Part shown: positions 9,846 to 18,948 of the stretch, one piece after another
Numbering within the stretch: the first letter of the stretch is position 1
Layout of the letters: each line of letters begins with the position of its first letter
IMG/VR virus record: IMGVR_UViG_3300014656_001812
Origin: an uncultured virus (IMG/VR IMGVR_UViG_3300014656_001812)
Lineage: Duplodnaviria; Heunggongvirae; Uroviricota; Caudoviricetes
Direction: 5' to 3' (one strand)
Length of the DNA: 64,000 bases
Made by a program: the position numbers and the translations under genes
Notes under the pieces: model-generated
The model's database searches: none
Told to the model about the DNA's origin: nothing
The model's input: only the letters and a program-made list of their open reading frames with translations

Positions 9846-10242
9846 TGACCCAGAATTCACTGCCGACCTTATGTTCTTATTCGAGCCCTTGTTGAACAAG
9901 GTATGTGTAAAAGAGATACTAACACCTGGGGACTTACATAGGGCCTTGTCGTCATTAGATGAAGCCGTAGAAAGATTAGAGCCTCTTCTTGCTACACATC
10001 GCACCATTAAAGACGAGATGATAAGACAAGCCGATGCGCGTGAGCGAGACCTATATATTAGCAATAGGACTGGTTCTCAGAAGTTGAGGGAGAAAGAGGC
10101 TAAGAGGGAAGCGTTTGACCCAGAATGGAGAGAGTTGATGGCTGTCAATAGCGCCAGACTTGAGTATCTCTGGTCAGTTAAGAACCGTACAGATTGGAAG
10201 AGAGAAGCGATTAGAATGATAGCGAGAAATATCGGGAGGTAA
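9835..10242 (+). CDS. hypothetical helical protein (possibly UvsY-like recombination mediator)
   Basis: Coiled-coil character and a replication/recombination context; the functional call is weak. Confidence 0.45.
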   Translation: MVYNDPEFTADLMFLFEPLLNKVCVKEILTPGDLHRALSSLDEAVERLEPLLATHRTIKDEMIRQADARERDLYISNRTGSQKLREKEAKREAFDPEWRELMAVNSARLEYLWSVKNRTDWKREAIRMIARNIGR

Positions 10243-10244
10243 TA

Positions 10245-10613
10245 ATGGCAAGAGATTATAAATTCTTTAAGCCACACGAACAACTATTTTCTGGAGGAGT
10301 GTTTAGATTCGTTTGCCTATTTGGCTATAATGTAGAGTATCTAACATACAAAGACTCAACCGAGCAGAAAGGCGCGTTGTTATACGAATTAACGCATTCT
10401 GACAAAGAGGCTGTTGACTTTGTTCAGTTGACCCCATACTCTGATGGAGCCATAGGTGGGGCCTTCGTAGGCATCCATCCCTTTGACATTTTGGTCAAAG
10501 GCTGGACGTTAGAAGAGACAGACGAATTTCTTCGCGGGAAACTGAAGAAGTGGGGATTTAACATACCAGATGATCTGGATGCCATTTGTGCCGAGTATGT
10601 GTTTGAGGCATAA
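10245..10613 (+). CDS. hypothetical protein
   Basis: GGGAGG SD; coupled to the next gene. Confidence 0.7.
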   Translation: MARDYKFFKPHEQLFSGGVFRFVCLFGYNVEYLTYKDSTEQKGALLYELTHSDKEAVDFVQLTPYSDGAIGGAFVGIHPFDILVKGWTLEETDEFLRGKLKKWGFNIPDDLDAICAEYVFEA

Positions 10614-11098
10614 TGTCTGAAATCAAGACAATCAAGAGACAACCAGGCCCTAAGGCGTTCGAGAAAGAAGTAGAGAACGACATAAATGGCTATACTACCA
10701 TTAATTCTGGTGGTATGATAGGTTGGACTGCTGATGTCTATAATAGGGCTCTACACGTTGAATGTAAGTTCACGTCTAAGCCATATATAGATTTTAAGGC
10801 TGATTGGCTAGAGAAGAACTATGACGAGGCCGTAAGGGAGCAACGCGTGCCCGTTGTAGCCGTGCGCATTACTAATGAATATGGGGGATACTTTGCCTTT
10901 GTTCCTAACTTAGAGGACAGGATGACGGTAGGGATGAATAAAACAATAAGGCTCCGTAATGGAGACCTTGAACGACTAAGGATATTAGGACAGAGTATTC
11001 GGTCGCCAGGTATGCCCGTTTCCTATGTGGTAATATCTGGCGCTGAACTATGTGAGTTCGCCTATGAGTGCGCTAAGAGGATGGGAATTGACCTATAG
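10613..11098 (+). CDS. PD-(D/E)XK nuclease, Hjc/Holliday junction resolvase-like
   Basis: FEKEV...SGG...ADV...VECK. Confidence 0.75.
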   Translation: MSEIKTIKRQPGPKAFEKEVENDINGYTTINSGGMIGWTADVYNRALHVECKFTSKPYIDFKADWLEKNYDEAVREQRVPVVAVRITNEYGGYFAFVPNLEDRMTVGMNKTIRLRNGDLERLRILGQSIRSPGMPVSYVVISGAELCEFAYECAKRMGIDL

Positions 11099-11111
11099 CG
11101 TGCCTTTATTT

Positions 11112-12020
11112 TTATATTTTATCCTCTTCGGCAACCTTCTCTCTGAGCTTTACTAGTAGAGCTTTCTTCTTCTTCACTATAGTATTAGGGTGATAACCTA
11201 ATATTTTTGCTATCTCCCTCTGGGTATGGCCGTCAATCCACTTCAACTTGATGAACAAACGTTCCTCAGTAGTGAGTATATCGTATGGCACTTCGCAGGT
11301 GATTCCTACTATCCATAAGTCATCTATTATTACCTCTGAGGTTAAGGGTAATGTAGTGTTTTTCTCAAGGATGCCTAGGGGGATTTTTTGTCCCTCAGTA
11401 GTATACTTAAATGTCCCACAATTAGCCACCGATGCTTCCGTCATCCCATCAATATATTCTAAGAAGAACCCTCCCTTATGATTCTCATGCAGCCAGCGCT
11501 TCAGCCAATCTTTGACTCCCCACTTAAAACACGCCCTGATATATCCACTAAAGGGTACCTTCACTACATCTTTCCATTTATAGATAAGCACAAGGAATAT
11601 GGTTCTCAGTTCTTGTAATACCTCATCATCTGAGAGATCTAAACAGGCATAGTATATCAGAGATGCTTTCTCGTGAAGCTCCCTTAAAGCCTCATTTCCT
11701 GGGTTGTTGCGACGTAGGTTACGTCGAATCTTTTTAGCAGAGATTAAAGCTTCTTTGTTCTTAGTGCCTATAAAAGCAGAAATCAGTGACCTCACGCTAT
11801 CATTATGCATGTTATATTTATTTCTCTTAATAAGGTAGAAGAACGTATCGATAACTAGAGAATATATCTCTAGAAGTTTAGCTCCAGCATGGGAGTCTCC
11901 ATTTTGATAAGAAGTAGCAAGTTCCTTGAGATCTTTATCTGAGTATTCCTTTCGAAGCTCGAGATAGATTCGCTGTCTTTCTTTGCGTATATATGTGGAA
12001 CTATCTGTTGTTCTATTCAT
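11112..12020 (-). CDS. phage sigma70-family RNA polymerase sigma factor
   Basis: N-terminal YQNGD..A..LL; region-2-like DEVLQE...FSGYI; region 4 HTH LTTEER...TQREIAKILG. Confidence 0.82.
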   Translation of the reverse strand: MNRTTDSSTYIRKERQRIYLELRKEYSDKDLKELATSYQNGDSHAGAKLLEIYSLVIDTFFYLIKRNKYNMHNDSVRSLISAFIGTKNKEALISAKKIRRNLRRNNPGNEALRELHEKASLIYYACLDLSDDEVLQELRTIFLVLIYKWKDVVKVPFSGYIRACFKWGVKDWLKRWLHENHKGGFFLEYIDGMTEASVANCGTFKYTTEGQKIPLGILEKNTTLPLTSEVIIDDLWIVGITCEVPYDILTTEERLFIKLKWIDGHTQREIAKILGYHPNTIVKKKKALLVKLREKVAEEDKI

Positions 12021-12543
12021 TTAGCACGATATGAGCTATAACCAGCGCGTCAGCTGCGTGGTCAGTCATTGGAGTATTCGTAAGCTTAGAAGCAAGGTTA
12101 AATACCTTGATTTTATTAGGTAGAATCTTTGGTTGTCCAACAAGAGGACCACGCTTATATCTATCACCAGCCCATAGATCGGGGCAATCTAGGAATGGAT
12201 TCTCTCCTTTAGCCCACTTCTTGACGGTAGTAGGAGAAACAGACTTAAACTTAGCATTATAATAATAGGCAAGGAGTTTCAAGACACCCTGAATTTCAGA
12301 AAGACGAATCAATGTCTTGGGATCTTTGCTAAAGAAAACAGACTCTACGGCAAGAATAATAGGATGATCAAGTTCATAATGATAAGCAAAGATAGTATCT
12401 AGAGTATCATAGTGATCAGCTAAAATCCGCCCATCAGGATGATAGTCAAAGTGAGTAAGTGTAGTAAGTCTGATTTCCCTGCCATCATCAAGAACACATA
12501 TGCCAGTAGCCCTAATAGACGGATCAATACCAATAATTAACAT
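12013..12543 (-). CDS. ruvC: RuvC-like Holliday junction resolvase
   Basis: Motifs IGIDPSIRATG, AVES and DHAADALVIA. Confidence 0.9.
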   Translation of the reverse strand: MLIIGIDPSIRATGICVLDDGREIRLTTLTHFDYHPDGRILADHYDTLDTIFAYHYELDHPIILAVESVFFSKDPKTLIRLSEIQGVLKLLAYYYNAKFKSVSPTTVKKWAKGENPFLDCPDLWAGDRYKRGPLVGQPKILPNKIKVFNLASKLTNTPMTDHAADALVIAHIVLNE

Positions 12544-12779
12544 TAATCAGAATCACCAAGTCCATTGATTAAGTCTGAATCAAATCTAAGTTTGCGGAGT
12601 TCTAACAAGGCAAAAGAGACAGCCTCATCTTTGCTTTTCCCCCTGGAAAGGGCCGCCTCGTAGGCGAAACGAAATATCACTAACTCCGCTGAAGTTATAT
12701 CAAGACTACTATCATTGACATCGGCATCAAAGTCATCAGTTAAATAGAGCAATCCATCAACGAATTTTGGTCCAGACAT
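12543..12779 (-). CDS. hypothetical protein
   Basis: Fills the gap and is TAATG-coupled to ruvC. Confidence 0.65.
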   Translation of the reverse strand: MSGPKFVDGLLYLTDDFDADVNDSSLDITSAELVIFRFAYEAALSRGKSKDEAVSFALLELRKLRFDSDLINGLGDSD

Positions 12780-12790
12780 AATAGCCCCCG

Positions 12791-13786
12791 TTATCCATCA
12801 TCTAGACATTGGTCTCTATATGAACAGTATCGACACTGCCAGTCCGCATAATTCTCTTTAGCAAAAGTCTCGTATCTCTTAACGCTCTTACGTTTGTCCT
12901 TCTCTCGAGCGGCTTTAGCCTCAACTTTGTATTCTTCATACATACTGCGAAGTTGGTCATCTGAATAGCGAGGATGGTAGTCGCACGCAACAAGTTTACT
13001 ATCTTTGATATGGGCATGTATGATATTGAATCGATCCATAACAGAAGATATTGTGATGCCTGGATAATCAACGCCATCTACAATGAGATGGTCATTATGT
13101 AATTCGACGATGTGAAATGTCCCGAAGGGCGAGCGACCATCTTTGCCTTTAAGATACTGAGATGTAACTCCCCTATCATCATACCTCAATAGAAACTTAT
13201 TAATCTTTATAGATTCAGAAGAACCATCAGAAGGAAGTAAACAGGCCACGACTTGACCCGACCTGTAGGATAAAGTCTGCCCCAAGCACCAGTCTTGTTG
13301 AGATAACATATGAAGATAAAGCATAACCTGTATGTGATGAGAAGATTGTCCAATGCCAGAAACACATTGAGACCACGGAAAGTACCCGTGGAAGGTCTTG
13401 AACTCTACGCCTAATAGCTCGCCCTTATAGCGTATAATAGAGTCAAGTTCACCTGAAACTGTAATGCCATCGCCGAAATCATAACGAATCTTTACATTTG
13501 GAGCAACGAGAAGCCCGCCCTGAGCCAATACCTTTTGATGCATAGACTCGATAGACTTTCCGATATTCCAAGTCATAAAGTTATACTCGTCTGGTTCTCT
13601 CTTATTCTCTGTACCAAGCATCGAGTACTGGATGTCACGAAGGCACTTGCCGTGAACCTTACCATCGTCATCGACACAACTCGCCTCCGTAGGCCAGAAA
13701 TTATCCCTTGAGTGCAGGTTAGACCGAACAGATTCACGCATCAATCCAGTATAAAGATTAGTAATTTCACATCCTAATTCTGTCAT
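12791..13786 (-). CDS. Cas4-like PD-(D/E)XK exonuclease with Fe-S cysteines
   Basis: N-terminal KCLR; GELD, EFKT and QVMLY; C-terminal CRYCSYRDQC. Confidence 0.85.
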   Translation of the reverse strand: MTELGCEITNLYTGLMRESVRSNLHSRDNFWPTEASCVDDDGKVHGKCLRDIQYSMLGTENKREPDEYNFMTWNIGKSIESMHQKVLAQGGLLVAPNVKIRYDFGDGITVSGELDSIIRYKGELLGVEFKTFHGYFPWSQCVSGIGQSSHHIQVMLYLHMLSQQDWCLGQTLSYRSGQVVACLLPSDGSSESIKINKFLLRYDDRGVTSQYLKGKDGRSPFGTFHIVELHNDHLIVDGVDYPGITISSVMDRFNIIHAHIKDSKLVACDYHPRYSDDQLRSMYEEYKVEAKAAREKDKRKSVKRYETFAKENYADWQCRYCSYRDQCLDDG

Positions 13787-13827
13787 TATTCTCCTCTAAT
13801 ATTTTTATAGCCTTTATATATAAACTC

Positions 13828-14490
13828 TTACGCATCAATACCCTTACAAATATATTTCATATTATATCTACATTTAGTGTCTTTAGCAGGACACCCAAGC
13901 AATGTCTCAGCTAATTTAATTCCCCCAGGAATACGTTCAGTGTCGTGCGTAAATAAGATATATTTATCATCTAACAGACTAATGACTGACAGTAGATCCT
14001 TGCGAAATGCTTTCTCAGTATGAAGCCCATCTATAAAAACATAGTCAAGCTTCTCCTTGGAGAAGTCAAAAATCGAACCGAGGGAGGCCAATGTATCTGT
14101 AGGGCTCCAGCCTATGAAAGGAAACACAGTATCAAGATTATAAAATTTAATCAACTGATGTATAGATTTCCATCCATAAGAATCTGGATTTCCTATTTTT
14201 CCCCATTCTTCGTCAAGATAACAATCGAGTGTAACAAGTTTCCCTCGTGTCTGCTTCATAGCACGTCCAGTTACCATGGCTGAGATACCAGCTCCGGTGG
14301 CTATTTCATAGCCTCTAGTAAGATTATGAGAAACTATCAAATCATAGATAAAATTAGCTTCATCTTCACTGATAGATGAAGGAAAGTGATGATCAGCCAT
14401 TCGAATTATATGCTCTTCTTCCTTTCTCTCATATGTCACTTCCCAGTTCTGGGACTGCATTATAAGTTCATCGAAATCTATCATTTTCAT
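13828..14490 (-). CDS. class I SAM-dependent methyltransferase (Methyltransf_24-like)
   Basis: Motifs YEIATGAGIS, TLD, DYVFIDGLH and HDT. Confidence 0.88.
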   Translation of the reverse strand: MKMIDFDELIMQSQNWEVTYERKEEEHIIRMADHHFPSSISEDEANFIYDLIVSHNLTRGYEIATGAGISAMVTGRAMKQTRGKLVTLDCYLDEEWGKIGNPDSYGWKSIHQLIKFYNLDTVFPFIGWSPTDTLASLGSIFDFSKEKLDYVFIDGLHTEKAFRKDLLSVISLLDDKYILFTHDTERIPGGIKLAETLLGCPAKDTKCRYNMKYICKGIDA

Positions 14491-14519
14491 AAGTCCTCAA
14501 CTCAACGATATCCACTATA

Positions 14520-14548
14520 ATTATACCATAATTAAGAAGGATAGTCAA
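14520..14548 (-). promoter_or_regulatory. sigma70-type promoter with extended -10
   Basis: The minus strand reads TTGACT-N17-TATAAT with TG at -15/-14, upstream of the GAGGA SD and the ATG at 14490. Confidence 0.85.
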
Positions 14549-14551
14549 GAC

Positions 14552-15589
14552 CTAGCTATTAGACAAGACAAGAATCACCGCATCAGGGTATCCATCAGGG
14601 GCACCAAGCATTACATCATCACAGGCATTATATGGAGGAAAAATAGGCATCTGTCCCATTTGCCCACCTCCAAATACTTCAGGAGGACTAAAATGGACAG
14701 TAAATCTATACCAAGATGTATCGTAATATCCACTAGTATATGTAGATTTCTCGTCGTACCCATTAGTATTGAAAATCAGATGGCCGTCAACATTGGTATT
14801 CCTGATTATATCTTCTCCTTTAGTCCTGTTGGAACCATAGGCGTAAAGAATGTAGGTAGTTATCCTCGAGAGCCTAAACGATCTATCCCACACATCAAAT
14901 TCTCCTGTTCGTAACTTATAACCGGAAAGCATTGGTCCAAATGATCTATATCCAAAGTTGCCGGGCCAGTGGACGATAGTACTCCCATTAGAAGGGTCAT
15001 CAGAATATATGATAAAGGGAGAATCGGCTTTCCTATCAGGAATCGCGCGCCCGCTCCAAGTCCATTTCAAATAACCAGAACCTAAAGCACCATCAATATA
15101 TCCAGTAGACCAGAGACTCGTCTTTTTGCCATATTCAGACCAGAAGTAGCGAGGATCACCAAGACCATTGCCCATTGTCATTCCTGACCAACCAAATCTA
15201 ACATCTCCAGTTCCAGGTTCTCCAATCCATCCCGTCCATTCTAAAGCATCCCTGCCACTAGTAAATGGATTATGCGGATAAGACTTAATATATCCATAGG
15301 CTATGAGGGGATCAGCAACATCAGGATTCAGACCTCCCCCTGTCCTGAACAATCCTCGTGCATAGTTAGCATCGTCGCCACCAAGGATATAACGCGGATA
15401 CTTTCCAGAATGATCTACAGCATACCTCTCAAGAGAGATCTGAATTGAATGTAGATTCGACTTTACCTCAGCTTCCTTCGCCTTTTCCTTGGCACGCATG
15501 AATTTAGGCAAGGCGATTGTTATTAAAATGGCAATAATAGTAACAACAACTAATAATTCAATGAGTGTAAATCCACGTTGGCGACTCAT
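14552..15589 (-). CDS. type IV pilin / T2SS pseudopilin-like protein (paralog B)
   Basis: Likely start MSRQRG|FTLIELLVVVTIIAILITIALP (class III signal, E+5) after an AAAGGGG SD. The ORF track starts at 15616. Confidence 0.88.
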   Translation of the reverse strand: MSRQRGFTLIELLVVVTIIAILITIALPKFMRAKEKAKEAEVKSNLHSIQISLERYAVDHSGKYPRYILGGDDANYARGLFRTGGGLNPDVADPLIAYGYIKSYPHNPFTSGRDALEWTGWIGEPGTGDVRFGWSGMTMGNGLGDPRYFWSEYGKKTSLWSTGYIDGALGSGYLKWTWSGRAIPDRKADSPFIIYSDDPSNGSTIVHWPGNFGYRSFGPMLSGYKLRTGEFDVWDRSFRLSRITTYILYAYGSNRTKGEDIIRNTNVDGHLIFNTNGYDEKSTYTSGYYDTSWYRFTVHFSPPEVFGGGQMGQMPIFPPYNACDDVMLGAPDGYPDAVILVLSNS

Positions 15590-15616
15590 AAGCCATTCCC
15601 CCTTTGAACCTGTCAA

Positions 15617-16891
15617 CTACCCTCGATTCAATTTAGTGGAAGCCGCAGCATAATCAAGTAGCTTCCTTTTGTTCTTCATTAGCTCTTCTCCACTGATAGT
15701 ATCAAGCTTTATCAACGGAGGAAAAAGAGACTCCCCCTCGGAGGTATTAATAAAGAAGTTATACTTCTCAAGATCCTTATCTATTATAGAAACCCCATAC
15801 TTATCAGGATATTTCCATATATCGCTACCAGGAAGAGGCACAAAGGTCTTCAGAGCAAGACTCGTATAGGGAACCGAATCGAGAAATTCTATATCCTTAT
15901 CTGTCGTCTCAGGCGTAGTACCAGGAAGCCCCATCATCATTAATACCCTCGTCTTGAGGCCCGTGCTATAAGCATTGACAAGAGCATCCCTACTATCATT
16001 AACCTTTATCTTCTTATCAAGAAGGTTAAGTACATCTTGATCGCCAGACTCTACACCAAAAGAGACCTCAATACATCCACTATCTCTCATCATCTGAAAT
16101 AATTCTACATCATTTGGAAGAACCCTGATACTGGCTCTCCAATAGATAGGCCAGTCTAATTTATTAATTTCCTCACACAATTCCTGAAGCCACCCTCTCT
16201 TAGTGGTAATAGAATCATCAACAAAGCGGAATCTGTTTACTCCATATCTCTTTATCTCTATAATTTCTTGGATAACATTACCAGCAGACCTTTCTCTAAG
16301 AGAGCGGTTCCATATCCCACTAGAAGCACAAAAGGCACAGTTATATGGACATCCTCGGCTCGCAGCAATAAGCGTAGATTCGCCATCGTATTGAGAATCT
16401 AAAAATATATTCCCACCCTGTTTCTTTAATAGTTCCCTAGCGGGAAAAGATATTGTATCTAAGTCATCTATAAACTTATCAGCCTTAAAATATCTTTCTT
16501 TAGATCCACCTAAGATCTCCTCTATCACATTAGATATAATAGATTCTGCTTCGTTCTGGACAATAGTATGGACGTTGTAATTATAGAATTCAGGAGAGAG
16601 CGTCGCACCCGCGCCACCAACAACAATATGAAACTGTTCACAAAGAACATCCGCCATCTTATTAACGGTAGGAATATCTAAAGACGTCCCAGTAAAGCAA
16701 AGAATTCCTTGACTATACTCCTCTTTAAGATACCTGCAAGCATCAAATATCTTATAGCAAGAGAGATCCTCGAATGACACATCATTAGTCTTCTTAAGAG
16801 CAGACGCTACATACATAAGCCCTAGTTGAAGCATAATACCAGGACGTACGAGATACGGTTGAGGAGGATTAATAAGTACTATAGGCATCAC
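15617..16891 (-). CDS. B12-binding radical SAM protein
   Basis: N-terminal cobalamin-binding-like domain (LINPP, LGLMYVAS, VVGG); SRGCPYNCAFC; FVDD; GVESG. Confidence 0.92.
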   Translation of the reverse strand: MMPIVLINPPQPYLVRPGIMLQLGLMYVASALKKTNDVSFEDLSCYKIFDACRYLKEEYSQGILCFTGTSLDIPTVNKMADVLCEQFHIVVGGAGATLSPEFYNYNVHTIVQNEAESIISNVIEEILGGSKERYFKADKFIDDLDTISFPARELLKKQGGNIFLDSQYDGESTLIAASRGCPYNCAFCASSGIWNRSLRERSAGNVIQEIIEIKRYGVNRFRFVDDSITTKRGWLQELCEEINKLDWPIYWRASIRVLPNDVELFQMMRDSGCIEVSFGVESGDQDVLNLLDKKIKVNDSRDALVNAYSTGLKTRVLMMMGLPGTTPETTDKDIEFLDSVPYTSLALKTFVPLPGSDIWKYPDKYGVSIIDKDLEKYNFFINTSEGESLFPPLIKLDTISGEELMKNKRKLLDYAAASTKLNRG

Positions 16892-17649
16892 AATGGAGCA
16901 CCGTATGTTTCTACATCAGAACCATATATATATTTAGATCTAGGAACTAGTTTATTGTATCTCTCAGTCAGTTCTTCCTCAGACAAAAAGTGATATGTGC
17001 CCCATCCTTTCTTAATTCTGTTTTGTTTATCCGTTTCGGAAATCTTATTCTTGATCTGGAGCTTACGGGAGAGAACTTCTGGCCAAGGAGACCAAGAATA
17101 TACACAAATATAAGAGCCATCTAGCACATCACAGGCAAACCCAGTTTTATGTCTTCCTATGTCGTATTGTCCATCTTCATAACAATGTACGGCCCTCTTG
17201 TGAGAAGCCTTATTATTATCAATGAATCCGTGGCACTTTTGCTCCAGCAGAGAGCCAGTTGAATCAAATGTACTGGGAGAGATATCAACCATAGTATAGG
17301 TTTTCTCTTGTATAAACGCTTTATTTGTTGCCTCATCTACTAATTGAGAAGTATCCATAAATAGAAATTCAGTAGTATTCAGAGCTACTTTCCAGCCGGA
17401 AATCTCCTTCTCCTTCTTCATTATTTCAGCAGATGCTGATTCTACCATAAACCACTCATTCTCAGATTCTACAATCTCCCAAGTAGGACAAATCTCTTTG
17501 ATTATTTCCACACTTCTATCAGTAGAAGCATAGTTAATCATTATCCCGTGATCGGCTATGGTCTTATGATGAGCCAACCAATGGGGCAATAGCAGTTCTT
17601 CATTGTAGAAATGGGATACGACAGTAAGCTTAGACATTTTATACCTCAA
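16888..17649 (-). CDS. GT-A fold glycosyltransferase (Glyco_tranf_2_4-like)
   Basis: Motifs FYNEELLLPHWLAHH, STDRSVEI, LNTTEFL and GRH. Confidence 0.78.
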   Translation of the reverse strand: MRYKMSKLTVVSHFYNEELLLPHWLAHHKTIADHGIMINYASTDRSVEIIKEICPTWEIVESENEWFMVESASAEIMKKEKEISGWKVALNTTEFLFMDTSQLVDEATNKAFIQEKTYTMVDISPSTFDSTGSLLEQKCHGFIDNNKASHKRAVHCYEDGQYDIGRHKTGFACDVLDGSYICVYSWSPWPEVLSRKLQIKNKISETDKQNRIKKGWGTYHFLSEEELTERYNKLVPRSKYIYGSDVETYGAPL

Positions 17650-17655
17650 TAAAGA

Positions 17656-18846
17656 TTATTGATTCGCTACCCAGTTAGCAGAGAGAGGATTGAATCCACC
17701 TCCATCTCCTATGAGACACAGGACTATTCCATCGGGCACACCATCTGGCGCCCCATACATATAGGGCTCTCCTCCGCTAACAGTATTCTCATATGGATAA
17801 CTAGGCTGAGGATTTAGTCCTGGCTTATTCTCGGGCATACCCCCATATGTATAGAACCAACCACCAAAAGTTAAGGGAAGTCCCCATCCAGTCCCCTTGT
17901 TCTGATTGCCGAAGAGACCCTCTGCCCCACCGTAGATTCCTACGGGGCATCCATTGATGACCGCATTCTCATTCCAAGGAGGTGGCAACTTGAAGTATAC
18001 CTGCGCGCCGTTCGTATATGTATGTTCTAATCTTATGACATCATATCCATCAGACCTAAATGACCCATAGGCTCCCATAATATAGGTAGCAGGACGAGAC
18101 CTGAAGGCGGTATCACCAGGATACCCCCACCCATGCCCATCAGGTCTCTCCATGAATTTCCAACCTGCTCTATAATAGAAATTTCCAGGCCAGTATGTCT
18201 TTAACCATCCCTTACCATTAGGATTCCTTCTACCTCCAAACATATAATGGACACCAACAGGATCAGAATCCCAACTAGGAAAGCCAAGGAAAGAAGCATC
18301 AGGAAGCGTCAAGGATGTATCAACCAAGGTGCGATTAGGATTTCGCGGGCCATTGCTATCTTTAAAAAAGGCAGGATCAGTGAGACCCATACCCATTAGG
18401 TTCCCTTTGTATCCAAACCGAGGGTCACCAAGGCCAGTAACAGAATCAAATGTTCCTTCAATGATCACCCTTCCCTCATCAACAAAAGGATTAGAAGGAT
18501 AACTATTAATATAGGCATAATGAATTAATGGATCAACAACAAAGTCGGGAAAGAATGTATTGCCAAATTTATTTAGGTATTGCGAAGAAGAAGGGTGCTC
18601 ATCTTTAATCGAGTGCCATACGTCCCACCCCTGAGAATCTCCACCAATGAGAAACGAGGGATAGTATCCCCTATCCACAGCATACCTTTCCACCGCGATC
18701 TGGATGGTGTGCAGATTGGCCTTGGCTTCGACTTCCTTGGCTTTGTCCTTCGCCTTGATGTAGTTAGGGAGAGCAATAGCCGCGAGAATGCCAATTATTG
18801 TAATCGTAACAAGCAATTCTATAAGCGTAAATCCCCTTTGTCGCAT
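17656..18846 (-). CDS. type IV pilin / T2SS pseudopilin-like protein (paralog A)
   Basis: MRQRG|FTLIELLVTITIIGILAAIALP, with ATG at 18846 after an AGGTGA SD. It shares many motifs with paralog B. Confidence 0.9.
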   Translation of the reverse strand: MRQRGFTLIELLVTITIIGILAAIALPNYIKAKDKAKEVEAKANLHTIQIAVERYAVDRGYYPSFLIGGDSQGWDVWHSIKDEHPSSSQYLNKFGNTFFPDFVVDPLIHYAYINSYPSNPFVDEGRVIIEGTFDSVTGLGDPRFGYKGNLMGMGLTDPAFFKDSNGPRNPNRTLVDTSLTLPDASFLGFPSWDSDPVGVHYMFGGRRNPNGKGWLKTYWPGNFYYRAGWKFMERPDGHGWGYPGDTAFRSRPATYIMGAYGSFRSDGYDVIRLEHTYTNGAQVYFKLPPPWNENAVINGCPVGIYGGAEGLFGNQNKGTGWGLPLTFGGWFYTYGGMPENKPGLNPQPSYPYENTVSGGEPYMYGAPDGVPDGIVLCLIGDGGGFNPLSANWVANQ

Positions 18847-18857
18847 CGTAATCACCT

Positions 18858-18892
18858 AAACTAAAAGACCCCCTTCAGAGGCACGGGAGTCT
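18858..18892 (-). terminator. putative intrinsic terminator directly upstream of the pilin A SD
   Basis: Minus strand AGACTCCC-N11-GGGGGTCT (8-bp stem with one G-U pair) followed by TTTAGTTT. Confidence 0.6.
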
Positions 18893-18948
18893 ATGTTGTA
18901 AGGAGTGCGCGCGTGCGTGCCTCCTATACTTAGAATAAGAAAAGATTA

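Noticed and set aside
12791..13786. CRISPR-Cas locus
   Set aside because: The Cas4-like gene is solo, with no cas1, cas2, effector genes or array in the window.
14552..18846. Diversity-generating retroelement or pilin antigenic-variation cassettes
   Set aside because: No reverse transcriptase in the window. The two pilin genes are full-length and diverged throughout, with no near-identical repeat pair differing only at adenines and no silent partial copies seen.
18856..18948. tRNA or known riboswitch class such as c-di-GMP
   Set aside because: No cloverleaf, T-loop or recognisable aptamer consensus; kept only as a generic switch candidate.
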